A stretch of 57,342 nt of DNA from an uncultured bacterium (GTDB lineage: Bacteria > Babelota > Babeliae > Babelales > Babelaceae). Under the pieces are notes generated by a model. The model made no database searches. It worked only from the letters and a program-made list of their open reading frames with translations, and was not told the DNA's origin. The stretch is taken from contig CAWGPQ010000019.1 of NCBI GenBank assembly GCA_963824495.1, forward strand, positions 1-57,342. Reading direction: 5' to 3'. Numbering within the stretch: position 1 is the first letter of the stretch; every line of letters starts with the position of its first letter. This document shows, in pieces, positions 21,108 to 30,668 of this stretch. A program made the position numbers and the translations under genes.

Positions 21108-21779
21108 TTACAGCTCCTGATAATATAATTTTACGATTCGGTAGAGTCCTCGGGCGGTTATCATGGTTTTTTTGTCAAGAATAGCAGAGCTTTGAGGATA
21201 ATTGACAAGAGTTGCTGCATGATTAAGAGCATTATGCAGAATAGGTAGTGATAATTCTTTTGTAAAAAATAGTGATAAATCACAGCTTGTTTTAAGGGTT
21301 TCAATATGCGCTACTGTGGTGGTCGTTAGGGCAACAAGATGTACCGATGCCAAACAAAGTATGAGTTGATACTGAAACAAAAGCATATGGGGAATAGCTG
21401 CTTGGTAAATAATATGAGGGCTTATAGGATAGTAATCCCAGGCACACGACTCGCCTGAAGGGAATGATACTGCTGCTGTCCGTGATATTCCAAGACTTTC
21501 ATGCACATAAGGACTATGATATGTGTCGAGTGCAATAATAACGGTAGCATCAGGCGTACTGTGAGCTTTAAGGAATTCTTGTAGTATGCGTGTAACGCGT
21601 GTAATGTTAAAAATTTTTAGCTGGTAAATTTCTCCGGACGTAAACTTGTGTGCTTGATACGCGGTAATACGATAGTCATACTGTTGCGATTGTTGCTGGG
21701 CAAAAGCAATAAGTACCAGACTATCTTCGTATACAATGCACGCTACTATATCATGACTGTAACGAGATACGATGCTCAT
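21108..21779 (-). CDS. Hypothetical protein, possibly a diverged PilM-like partner
   Basis: Sits between prmC and the PilN-like gene; only positional and weak sequence support. Confidence 0.4.
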   Translation of the reverse strand: MSIVSRYSHDIVACIVYEDSLVLIAFAQQQSQQYDYRITAYQAHKFTSGEIYQLKIFNITRVTRILQEFLKAHSTPDATVIIALDTYHSPYVHESLGISRTAAVSFPSGESCAWDYYPISPHIIYQAAIPHMLLFQYQLILCLASVHLVALTTTTVAHIETLKTSCDLSLFFTKELSLPILHNALNHAATLVNYPQSSAILDKKTMITARGLYRIVKLYYQEL

Positions 21780-21784
21780 ACTGT

Positions 21785-22684
21785 TTATACGGGGTTAAAT
21801 TCTCCTATAACAACTCTGTCTCGATTATGAGCATCGCGCAAAACGTGGATATTTGTAAAGCCTTGCTCGGTAAATAAGAAACAGACATCGTCAGCTTGAC
21901 GATACCCAATTTCAATCCAGACTTGTGCGGGCAAGGGTAGTATGCGTGATGAAGAAAGAAACAGTGGTGCTTGTTGTATAATCTTTTTAATAATTGCAAG
22001 ACCTCCCTCGTGCGCGACTAAAGCATGCCAATCTTCCCAATTCTTTACTTCAGGATCAAGTAGCGGCCATTCTTCGGATGCAATATAGGGTGGATTAGCA
22101 ACAATCAAATCAAACGAAAGGGTATCGGGGATTTCTTGATACAAATCTGATTTAAGAACGGTGACATTGGTAATGGCATTATGGTTCATATTATCACGTG
22201 CACACGCAAGTGCTTGGTCAGAGGTATCGGTAGCGTAGATCTGTGCATGAGGGAAAGCATGTGCGAGGGCAAGTGCTATGCAGCCTGAACCGGTACAGAG
22301 ATCAAGTACTGATAATTTTTTATCTGCTACGGGCTTGTATCTGTCAATAAGCTGAGCGCACCATGCTTCAGTCTCAGGTCTTGGTATTAAGATAGGTGGC
22401 TTAATAGCAATAGTTGTTGTAAGAAATTCCACTGAGCCGAGTATATACTGAACTGGCATGTGTTCATGAGTAATCGCGTATAACCATTGAGCAAGTTGCT
22501 CATCCTGCTCATGGCTGAGCTTAAGAGTATGCATAGTAAGCAACTGAACACGGTTCATATGGATGAGCTTTTCAAGTAATAGCCATGCGGTATGAAGCGC
22601 CGCGTCATGATTCTTATAGACAGGAAGCAGTTGCTCAGTAACTGAAGCTAAGAGTGTTGTTATATCGACCATACTCGACGCCAT
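21785..22684 (-). CDS. prmC: Release factor glutamine methyltransferase
   Basis: PVQYILG, LIPRPETE, LDLCTGSGCIAL and NPPY motifs. Confidence 0.96.
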   Translation of the reverse strand: MASSMVDITTLLASVTEQLLPVYKNHDAALHTAWLLLEKLIHMNRVQLLTMHTLKLSHEQDEQLAQWLYAITHEHMPVQYILGSVEFLTTTIAIKPPILIPRPETEAWCAQLIDRYKPVADKKLSVLDLCTGSGCIALALAHAFPHAQIYATDTSDQALACARDNMNHNAITNVTVLKSDLYQEIPDTLSFDLIVANPPYIASEEWPLLDPEVKNWEDWHALVAHEGGLAIIKKIIQQAPLFLSSSRILPLPAQVWIEIGYRQADDVCFLFTEQGFTNIHVLRDAHNRDRVVIGEFNPV

Positions 22685-22686
22685 TA

Positions 22687-23577
22687 TCACCCCTCGAGTA
22701 ATTGGCAAACATACTCGCTTGGGTTAAAGAGCGATAGCTGGTCAATTTTTTCACCAAATGATATAAAGGCAATGGGAATTTTAAGTTCTTGAGTGATAGC
22801 AAAGACAACACCGCCTTTGCCTGTTCCGTCCATTTTAGTAAGAACAATGCCATCGAGTGCAGTACTTTCGTGAAAGATTTTTGCTTGTTGTAGAGAATTT
22901 TGGCCAAGCATACTGTCAACCGTTAAAAGTGTGCTTATAGATGTATCAGGCAGTTGACGGCTTATAATACGCTTAATCTTCTCAAGCTCGCGCATAAGAT
23001 TGGCTTTGGTTTGGAGTCGACCTGCTGTATCAATAATCATGACATCGTAGGTATCTTTGGCAAATGCCTGACAGGCATCGAAAACAAGTGATCCCGGATC
23101 CTGGTTCTCTTTGCCACATATAAGTGGAATATCTATACGACGTGCCCAAATAGCAAGTTGCTGTGTTGCTGCTGCGCGAAATGTGTCACCAGCAACTAAC
23201 AGAACTTTTTTGCCCTCTTGGGTAAACTTATGCGCCAGCTTTCCGGCAAACGTGGTTTTACCGCTGCCATTAACACCAACCAATAGATATATGCGAGCGT
23301 CAGGGTGATATGTATATGCCGACAAAAGCGAGCACAGCTGTTCATATACAGCGGCTTTAAGATCTTTACCCTCTGCAAGCTTGCCTCGAGCTACTTGAGC
23401 CTTAAGATGTGTTAATAGTGCTCGAGTTGTACTTATTCCCGTATCAGCTTCTATAAGAATACGCTGAAGCTCTTCAAGCGTTTGATCGTCAACGGTTGTA
23501 CGAGAAAAAAGCCCTTGAAGCTTAGATGTAACGTTTGCGTATATTTTTTGTAATCTATCTTTGATAAAGCCAAACAT
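22687..23577 (-). CDS. ftsY: Signal recognition particle receptor FtsY (short, NG domain only)
   Basis: GVNGSGKTT, DTFRAAA, DTAGRLQ and TKMDGTGKGG motifs. Confidence 0.97.
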   Translation of the reverse strand: MFGFIKDRLQKIYANVTSKLQGLFSRTTVDDQTLEELQRILIEADTGISTTRALLTHLKAQVARGKLAEGKDLKAAVYEQLCSLLSAYTYHPDARIYLLVGVNGSGKTTFAGKLAHKFTQEGKKVLLVAGDTFRAAATQQLAIWARRIDIPLICGKENQDPGSLVFDACQAFAKDTYDVMIIDTAGRLQTKANLMRELEKIKRIISRQLPDTSISTLLTVDSMLGQNSLQQAKIFHESTALDGIVLTKMDGTGKGGVVFAITQELKIPIAFISFGEKIDQLSLFNPSEYVCQLLEG

Positions 23578-23650
23578 GATCTCTTTGCTGATTAATGGTT
23601 CCTATACTTAGTTTACCGTAGTCAAGAAATCTAGCAACCACGTAGAGAAT

Positions 23651-24316
23651 CTAAGAGATAGAAACGTGCTGTAAGTGCTCTCGATCGGGCGGAGTTAATT
23701 GTTGGGCGAATTCTTGAAGCCTTTTGGCACTAAGATGCTCGTTTTCCCTTGGGGTCAATTCTTGAAGCGTTTTAGTAAGATCTGTAAGAAGCTTATATTC
23801 TTCAAAAAGGGTTAATAGGGGAAGCCTTTTAATAAGATACTCGAAAACTTTGAGAACGACGTTAATATTACGTTGGGGGTCGTGATGTGTTGCTACCTCA
23901 TGTGGCATTAAAAGAAGTACTGGCAGTACACATCCTGCAACAAGGTGAGCCAAGGTTCGTGGTAATCGAAAAAATAATGGTTGATCGTTAGTCGGAGATT
24001 CGTGATCAATAATACACTTTGCTACAAACATTACTAGTAAACCCAACGCCGCCAAAAGACGCACCCGGAAATGATCATTCCATGTATCATAAGCAAGATT
24101 GTGAATCGTCAGTTCATGAAGGGTGAATTTTAGGTGTTGAATAGTGATTCTTAGGTATACCAGATAGTCTTTATGTAAGAATTCGTGCTCATGATTAAGT
24201 ACTAGTTTGTATGTCACAGCATAGTCTCCTATGCTTAGATTTTCTAGTACCAGCATTTTAACGTCGCTCGTATATGCAGGTAAAAGTGTTTCTGTAGTAC
24301 AAGCTTGGGTATACAT
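23651..24316 (-). CDS. Hypothetical membrane protein
   Basis: 221-aa ORF with two hydrophobic segments; start uncertain. Confidence 0.55.
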   Translation of the reverse strand: MYTQACTTETLLPAYTSDVKMLVLENLSIGDYAVTYKLVLNHEHEFLHKDYLVYLRITIQHLKFTLHELTIHNLAYDTWNDHFRVRLLAALGLLVMFVAKCIIDHESPTNDQPLFFRLPRTLAHLVAGCVLPVLLLMPHEVATHHDPQRNINVVLKVFEYLIKRLPLLTLFEEYKLLTDLTKTLQELTPRENEHLSAKRLQEFAQQLTPPDREHLQHVSIS

Positions 24317-24489
24317 AGTAATACAAAGTGCTAGAAAGATGAGAATTTTTTAACGGCCATAAAAAGCTTTCATAATAGTGATGATAGCGATAATTAGGAA
24401 CTATATTTTATTGTTTTTTTAAGTTTATACCTCATGGGAATATTAAGCAATGGCTAAAAGTACGCTTCAAGTAGATGTAGTGAGGTCGG

Positions 24490-24987
24490 CTATCGTTTGG
24501 GCACTTCCTCTATGACCAGTCTCTTATAGCCATAGGGTGCTTGGTGATGTTTGTCGACAAGATCAACGAGTCTTAATCTATAGGTTGCTCCTGGTGAAGG
24601 TCTGGTCAATGTTGCTGAGGCAGTATCAAAAGGTATTTTGCGGCAATCTTCAGATTGCTCTGTTTTGAGGCATATTTCACGAGACTGCTTAAGATAATAC
24701 TGGACAGCTATGGTTATATGTGCTGACTCAGGTAAGGCTGAAGGATACTCTTTACTGATAAATTCATTGAGGTTGATGCTCTCAGTAGAGCCGGGCAACT
24801 GTTGTACAGTTAATTTTTTTCTATAAAAATCTACTGTACCAGCTGGTTTTGTATAGGGTATTGCTATATCGTAACTACTAATAGGGTAACCAGTATCGTT
24901 AATAAGATAGATAGTAGGAACCTGAGCTTGGGCGTGCTGAAAAAAGATGAGCGAGATTATAAGCGCAGTGACCTTTTTAACATTCAT
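24490..24987 (-). CDS. Hypothetical secreted protein
   Basis: AAGGGG upstream; MNVKKVTALIISLIFFQHAQA signal peptide. Confidence 0.65.
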   Translation of the reverse strand: MNVKKVTALIISLIFFQHAQAQVPTIYLINDTGYPISSYDIAIPYTKPAGTVDFYRKKLTVQQLPGSTESINLNEFISKEYPSALPESAHITIAVQYYLKQSREICLKTEQSEDCRKIPFDTASATLTRPSPGATYRLRLVDLVDKHHQAPYGYKRLVIEEVPKR

Positions 24988-25112
24988 GATACCCCTTTGC
25001 TTGTTGTTATTAACTAATAGCATATTTACAAGTACTAGTATAATTTTTTTATTTTAAAAAAAGCAATAGTTAAGAAATTCCTATGCTTTTGATAACGCCA
25101 AGCATTAGTGTA

Positions 25113-26081
25113 TCATGAATAGAGCGAAACAAGATTCTTTATTATTCTTTCGCGCTCTTGTAGAGGCATACCGGTTACGTGAGCAGCAAAATCGCCGGAT
25201 TGCCATCGAGCTTCGATAGGATCTTGATAGCCATCTTGCGTTCTTAAGAACGAGTTCATTTCACGTTGGGGTATAACTACGGTTTTGTCTGTATATACGA
25301 GTTTTTTCCGATAAGGCTCATAGAGTAAATCTGTCATAGTTTGTTGTTCAAGAAGGGACTTGCCACGAGTTAGGTAATACCATTCAGCTCCTTTCTTCCA
25401 TACCTCATTAAGAAAGTTCCGAGCCCATGGTGTGTTTCGAACCAGGAATATACCGTTATTGATAGGCACACCACGCTTGTAATAAGCATCCCGTGCAATA
25501 ATCAGGTCTTTGTCCCTGCCGTATCTATTAACAAAAGATTCTAGTGTAATGCTGGGGTTTGTGATAACGATATCATCATCGATCCATAGGAGCCATTCTG
25601 CGCCGCTTTCGCCTAGTTGTCGGGAAAGAGCTCGTATCTTGCTCCATTCTTCAGGTCGCGATGGATCAAGAGTACGGTAATATTTAACGTAACCATAGCC
25701 GTGTTGTTGAGCATACTTTCGTTGATTTTCTTCTACAAGCCGAGCAAAAGCCTCTCGGTTAGGTGTTGAAAGGGTTACCATAGTAAACGTTCCGGGGATT
25801 ATAGGTACAGGTTTATCAGGGTCAATGCCAAATTTTTCTATAAATCTTTCTTGAGAAATTTTTTTGGTATAGCGTTGTGTGGAGCTATCTTCGGGCAATT
25901 TTTTATACAGTCTCATAAGGTCATTACGTTCAGGGGTATCTTCAGCTGGCGTATTTTTGAATTTGAGTGCGTAAAGCTTAAAGAGTAAGGCAGGAGATGC
26001 TGTTTCTGATGCTTGCTGAGTGTGTAAGGCTGCTACGCCTGTTGCCATCATAAGCACTGTGATATAGTAAAAAACTTTCAA
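25113..26081 (-). CDS. Secreted GT34-like glycosyltransferase (GMA12/MNN10 type)
   Basis: YAQQHGY, WSKI, WLLWIDDDIVITN, INNGIFLVRNTPWA, EQQTM and WQSGDFAAHVTG motifs; signal peptide. Confidence 0.85.
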   Translation of the reverse strand: MKVFYYITVLMMATGVAALHTQQASETASPALLFKLYALKFKNTPAEDTPERNDLMRLYKKLPEDSSTQRYTKKISQERFIEKFGIDPDKPVPIIPGTFTMVTLSTPNREAFARLVEENQRKYAQQHGYGYVKYYRTLDPSRPEEWSKIRALSRQLGESGAEWLLWIDDDIVITNPSITLESFVNRYGRDKDLIIARDAYYKRGVPINNGIFLVRNTPWARNFLNEVWKKGAEWYYLTRGKSLLEQQTMTDLLYEPYRKKLVYTDKTVVIPQREMNSFLRTQDGYQDPIEARWQSGDFAAHVTGMPLQERERIIKNLVSLYS

Positions 26082-26117
26082 ATCTAACCTCCAGATTTCT
26101 TTTTCTAATTTCTTTTC

Positions 26118-26513
26118 CTAGGGCAACTTATGAGCTTTGAGCTCATTAAGTAGCTCGTCCGCGCTTATACTTTTAACACCAACTTCAGGCTTTTGTGGTA
26201 TGCTAGGCTCTTTCCAGGCGGATTCTTTACAGATCCCTGCGTGTGGGTAGCCTTTTTGAAACCATTCACGTATACCACCCTCATAAGCATAGACGTTGGT
26301 AAACCCGAGTTTATCGAGCAGGCGCCAAGCTTTGGTGCTCAAAGGACACTGATAGTGAGCACAATACACAACAATTTTGGTGTTTTTATCAAGTGATTTG
26401 GCATACTGCTCAAGGCGTTCGAAGGGTATATTAATTGAGCCTTTGATATGACAATCGGTATAGTACTGTGGTTCAAGAACATTAATTACATAGAATGAAG
26501 TATCCATTATCAT
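26118..26513 (-). CDS. Rhodanese-like domain protein
   Basis: HIKGSINIP, IVVYC and YEGGIREW motifs. Confidence 0.9.
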   Translation of the reverse strand: MIMDTSFYVINVLEPQYYTDCHIKGSINIPFERLEQYAKSLDKNTKIVVYCAHYQCPLSTKAWRLLDKLGFTNVYAYEGGIREWFQKGYPHAGICKESAWKEPSIPQKPEVGVKSISADELLNELKAHKLP

Positions 26514-26649
26514 CCCTCATAGAGCACCTCTTATAGTTAAACTATTATACTTTGAGCATAATCCTTTTATTTCTTAATTGTCAATATATTTCTAAAAAAT
26601 ACAAGAATCTGGGTAGTACAGGTGGAAAACAACTTTTGGAAATAACCGC

Positions 26650-27240
26650 TTAGTATGTTGCGGTAACCATGTGGGACTGGGATTTTTCAAGTTGTTTTTG
26701 AATGAGATGGCTCAGTTTTTGCAAATTGTCAAGTTCTTGAATTATTGGCTGTATAGTTTTAAGATCATAATAAACCACTGTACGTGCTATTATTGCTATA
26801 GCCAGTGTGCTTAACATACCAGGAAGTTTAATATTGATATCGGTTATTCTCTGCGTTGCTATATACCATGAAAATGAGGCAAGAGCTATAGCTACAAGTG
26901 TGCCAAAGTCATAAAGAACTTGTTCTGTTGTAGTAGAGTGAGAAAGCTTAAGCTGTGTGCGCTTCAGATTAGTAATATCTTTAAATAGAGTGTAATCCAT
27001 AGACAAAAATATATCTGCATATTTTAAAAGTAGCTGATGCGCCTGTTCATAATCTTTCGCTTCAAGTGCTTTTAAGAAAAGATGTTGAGCATGAGTGTGT
27101 TCATCAGGTAATTGCTCCGGTGCACTACCAAATGTTTCTTCTAAAGATACTGCTTGAGAATAAAGTGATGTCATGCTGTTAATTATGGTCAGGGTAAATA
27201 TACTAAAACAAAAAGCTCTTTTCTTACTTATAGATATCAT
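26650..27240 (-). CDS. Hypothetical protein with signal peptide and two TM segments
   Basis: 196-aa ORF; hydrophobicity pattern. Confidence 0.55.
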   Translation of the reverse strand: MISISKKRAFCFSIFTLTIINSMTSLYSQAVSLEETFGSAPEQLPDEHTHAQHLFLKALEAKDYEQAHQLLLKYADIFLSMDYTLFKDITNLKRTQLKLSHSTTTEQVLYDFGTLVAIALASFSWYIATQRITDINIKLPGMLSTLAIAIIARTVVYYDLKTIQPIIQELDNLQKLSHLIQKQLEKSQSHMVTATY

Positions 27241-27567
27241 CGGTAGTCTACTTTCTTTAATAATTAATCTATTCTTATATAATACGTATCTACAAGCATA
27301 GCAATTGACTCGCTATTTGTAAATTGGCTATTGATTTTGTATGTTGTTGCCAGGAGCAATATTAGGGGTCTTTTTGCACAATAGCTGTTGTCTGTCAAAA
27401 TAAAAATTACGTAATAAAATGTTCGTATGCGCTAAGGGATGCTCTCGCAAATCCAGGATTGATCGCTAGCTTGCCAAAACACCCTTAAATAACCATTTAG
27501 TAACGCTTCCTGAACATGTAAGAGATCAGATTATTAGCGATGCTGAATGGGTGGTTAGGCACGAGAG

Positions 27568-28188
27568 TCAAGAGCTTTTTTCTACAAATACCTGAGCACG
27601 CTGTAAAAAGATCTTGAGGCGTCGATAATCGTTGCCTGTCAAAAATGAAAATGACGTAATAAAATTGGTTGCATAAGCAGGGGTAAGTATATGCAGCTCT
27701 GATAGATGCTTGAGAAGCGCAAGCAGGAGTTCGTCAAGATTAAGCACCGAGCTTGAGAGACTAAAAAGAAGATGTAGGTACCGTAAATCAGCAAAGAAGA
27801 GCTGAGCGTCATGCCTGTCGGCAGGCTTTACAAATGCATGAATTTTCGGTGGCTCTGGTGCAAGTTGATAAAAAATAGCAGATTTTTCTTGATAGCCAAT
27901 AGTTAAGCACGAGAATGTCGTATGAAGAAACTCAAAAATCTGTGGTTGCTCTCGCAAGAGTTCTTCTTCTGTTTTTTGGTACGTGAATGGGTAGCGTGAA
28001 GGATCAGTTGATCCTGTAGTAAGCTGGTAGACGATGCCAAAAAGGCGTCTCTTTTTAGTTTCGATGGTTACGAGTGAGCCAAAGTAAGGGAAATGATCCC
28101 ATTGCCAACTTTGAGCACGCCATGTATGTAATGAGCTTTCAATAATTTCAGCAAAGTAGGGCGCTTTACTCATGTTCATGAAGCTCAA
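27568..28188 (-). CDS. HAS-barrel-like domain protein
   Basis: AEIIESS, PYFGSLV, EELLREQPQIFEFL, GY...PPKIH pattern resembles stand-alone HAS-barrel proteins. Confidence 0.65.
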   Translation of the reverse strand: MSFMNMSKAPYFAEIIESSLHTWRAQSWQWDHFPYFGSLVTIETKKRRLFGIVYQLTTGSTDPSRYPFTYQKTEEELLREQPQIFEFLHTTFSCLTIGYQEKSAIFYQLAPEPPKIHAFVKPADRHDAQLFFADLRYLHLLFSLSSSVLNLDELLLALLKHLSELHILTPAYATNFITSFSFLTGNDYRRLKIFLQRAQVFVEKSS

Positions 28189-28849
28189 AAGGTTCTTGTA
28201 TCGGGCTCTCGCCGCCGGCTAAGTGATCAGTAAAGCTTACACGATGAAGTATACTCGAACCATACTGAGCAATCTTTTCTTTGTGAAGAGCAGTGCTGTA
28301 GCCCTTATGCTGAGCAAAGCGATAGTGAGTAAATGTCGAATCAAGCTGCTGCATTATTCGATCACGAGTAACTTTAGCAATGATAGACGCAGCTGCTATT
28401 GAGCTTGATTTACTCTCGCCGTAGTTAAAATATATAATATCGCCTGGAAAGCTATCCATCTGTAAGGGCATAGCATCGACGAGAACAAGATGTGGTTGTA
28501 CCGGTGCAGTTGCTAAAAGTTGCACAAGAGCACGTTTCATAGCCCGAAGCGTTGCTTGATAGATGTTTACGCTATCGATTTGGCGATGATGGATAATGCC
28601 GGTAGCGTACCAGCTGTTCTTTATAATCCAATTATAACTCTTTAATCTCCTATCAGGACTTAAAATCTTAGAATCCTTAAGTAAGGGGCTTTTTTTATGA
28701 GCGTGCAAAATTACTGCCGCTGTAACAACAGGACCAGCAAGACATCCCCTGCCGACTTCATCAATACCGCAAATAACGTCTGAATCGGCCCAAGCAGTAT
28801 TTTCGTAATGATCGATTTTGAAGTCTGGCTTTCTTTTAATGGTTACCAT
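28166..28849 (-). CDS. rnhB: Ribonuclease HII
   Basis: GIDEVGRGCLAGPV, DSK, IAAASIIAKVTRD and HKGY motifs. Confidence 0.97.
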   Translation of the reverse strand: MVTIKRKPDFKIDHYENTAWADSDVICGIDEVGRGCLAGPVVTAAVILHAHKKSPLLKDSKILSPDRRLKSYNWIIKNSWYATGIIHHRQIDSVNIYQATLRAMKRALVQLLATAPVQPHLVLVDAMPLQMDSFPGDIIYFNYGESKSSSIAAASIIAKVTRDRIMQQLDSTFTHYRFAQHKGYSTALHKEKIAQYGSSILHRVSFTDHLAGGESPIQEPFELHEHE

Positions 28850-28877
28850 ATTCTTTGCCGTATTCTATGTTTTCCAT

Positions 28878-28905
28878 TTGACAAGAATGAATTCATGAGT
28901 ACAAT
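28878..28905 (+). promoter_or_regulatory. Sigma70-type promoter with a palindrome in the spacer
   Basis: TTGACA-16-TACAAT with ATGAATTCAT at 28887-28896, upstream of the XRE regulator. Confidence 0.6.
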
Positions 28906-28968
28906 TAGAAATAATGCAGTGATAACCATACTATCATATTTTATACGAAAGGAAAGAAGGAGTCCCCT

Positions 28969-29643
28969 ATGTCATCAACAGCCTTACGAGTAAAAGAGTT
29001 ACTCCGCGAAAAAGGTTGGACTACAAAGATCTTGGCCGAGAAGACCGGCATGTCAGAAAGTTACCTTACGCATATCAAGAATGGTACGCGTCGATGGAAT
29101 GAAGATTCTTTGCGTAAACTGGCCAATGCTTTTGAAGTCAGCCCTATCGATCTCTTTGCACAACGACGCCAACGTACAGACGATATCGATAGCAACGTGA
29201 GCATGCCAGAGAAATCCGACGTGCAGCTTCAAGTTCAAATTGTACCGGTTGTTGCCGATGTTCCATCAAATCCTTCCCCCTACAATAATCAGCTCATGCA
29301 AGTAACCAGTGGTTGCAAGGATATGTTTGTTCCGGTACTAAATCGTAATGATGCTTCGATGTTTGCCCTGCTCTTAAATAGCAATCTCTTAGCTCCAACA
29401 TTTGAAAAAGGTGATATACTTATTGTTTCACCTGAAGTTTGGACACGGTCGGGCGATATTGCAGCAGTCGAATACGGTAACGATACCGCAGTTAAAGGCA
29501 TCATGAAGGTTACTTTTACTGATGATTTTATTGTGCTTGAGTCAGTAAACTATAAGCTATCGCCTATCGCATTAGTACGAGGCAAGGATCATTTTAGAAT
29601 TATCGGCCGTGTTATTGAGCGTCACCAAAATCTCATCGAGTAA
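28969..29643 (+). CDS. XRE HTH + S24-like domain transcriptional regulator (LexA/cI architecture)
   Basis: HTH LAEKTGMSESYLTHIKNG; C-terminal PTFEKGDILIV...LESVN...IIGRV; AGGAG Shine-Dalgarno. Confidence 0.88.
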   Translation: MSSTALRVKELLREKGWTTKILAEKTGMSESYLTHIKNGTRRWNEDSLRKLANAFEVSPIDLFAQRRQRTDDIDSNVSMPEKSDVQLQVQIVPVVADVPSNPSPYNNQLMQVTSGCKDMFVPVLNRNDASMFALLLNSNLLAPTFEKGDILIVSPEVWTRSGDIAAVEYGNDTAVKGIMKVTFTDDFIVLESVNYKLSPIALVRGKDHFRIIGRVIERHQNLIE

Positions 29644-29655
29644 TTATCGCATAGT

Positions 29656-29684
29656 TTGACCTATCTTTTTTTAATTATTATGAT
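29656..29684 (+). promoter_or_regulatory. Sigma70 promoter for rpsF-rpsR
   Basis: TTGACC-17-TATGAT about 150 nt upstream of rpsF. Confidence 0.6.
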
Positions 29685-29832
29685 AAACTGAATAAAGGTA
29701 CAAGCTCCGGACTTCCGGGGCTTGCTATAAAATGCTAAATAAGATGGTCTCGCTGTGTCTCTCCTTCAGCGAATCGTATACTGTCTTATAGTGTTTGAAC
29801 ACACTTCCACTTAGTATGAAAGGGATATCTTT

Positions 29833-30306
29833 ATGGTACGTTACGAAATATTTTTTTTTACAGTACCCGAAATTACCATTGATGAACAATCGGCAATTGA
29901 ATCTCAGATTGATAAGCTTATAAAAAGTCATCAAGCAGGCGTAATCTCTTTTGAGCGATGGGGTAAGTATAGACTAGCCTATCCTGTTCGTGGTAATGAG
30001 TATGCCGTGCGATTTTTGATTCGTTTTGAGGCCTCTCAAGAAAAGGCTAACCCTTTGCTTGAGGCTTTGCGTGCATTACTTGCTGTACGGTATAACGATC
30101 TTGTCATGCGCTTCATGATAACCAATCTAGCTCCTCGACGGCCACTTGAATACCAGCGTCCGGAATCACTTGAAGAAGCACCGGTACGTGATGTTGACTC
30201 TTTCTTAAAAGAGAACAAGATGACCGGGTTGCTCGGTAGCACGTCTCGTGGACAATCTCAGCACGATGTTCAAGAAGACGATGGTTTAGAAGAAGTAATG
30301 GCTTAA
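29833..30306 (+). CDS. rpsF: 30S ribosomal protein S6
   Basis: RYEIFF, WGKYRLAYPV and VMRFMI motifs; long acidic tail; upstream of rpsR. Confidence 0.93.
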   Translation: MVRYEIFFFTVPEITIDEQSAIESQIDKLIKSHQAGVISFERWGKYRLAYPVRGNEYAVRFLIRFEASQEKANPLLEALRALLAVRYNDLVMRFMITNLAPRRPLEYQRPESLEEAPVRDVDSFLKENKMTGLLGSTSRGQSQHDVQEDDGLEEVMA

Positions 30307-30321
30307 CTACAAGGGATATAT

Positions 30322-30606
30322 ATGGCACGCAAAGTAAAATTAAAAGTAAGTACGCGGTTACTGCGTAAAAAGGCACGCAGAAGCTCATTTGGTGGGGCTA
30401 AGCATTGCAGATTTTGTGCAAGTGACACAACATTACATATGCTTGACTATAAGAATGCAAATTTGCTGCGAAATTTTTTAACAGAACGTGGCAAAATTCT
30501 TTCCTCACGTATCTCAGGCAACTGTGCTTGCCATCAACGCTTATTAACGCGGGAACTTAAGAAGGCTCGTGTTATGGCTCTTTTGCCCTACGCCGCAACG
30601 CATTAA
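30322..30606 (+). CDS. rpsR: 30S ribosomal protein S18 (zinc-binding type)
   Basis: [17 protein letters not shown] and CACHQR motifs. Confidence 0.96.
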   Translation: MARKVKLKVSTRLLRKKARRSSFGGAKHCRFCASDTTLHMLDYKNANLLRNFLTERGKILSSRISGNCACHQRLLTRELKKARVMALLPYAATH

Positions 30607-30637
30607 TTTTTAAACGCTCACACGTATAATAGTTATC

Positions 30638-30668
30638 AAAAAGCCTGCATTAACCTGCAGGCTTTTTT
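30638..30668. terminator. Bidirectional intrinsic terminator
   Basis: AAAAAGCCTGCA-TTAACC-TGCAGGCTTTTTT between convergent rpsR and the MBL gene. Confidence 0.85.

Noticed and set aside
28969..29643. Prophage repressor marking a prophage
   Set aside because: Flanked by rnhB and rpsF; no integrase or phage structural genes.
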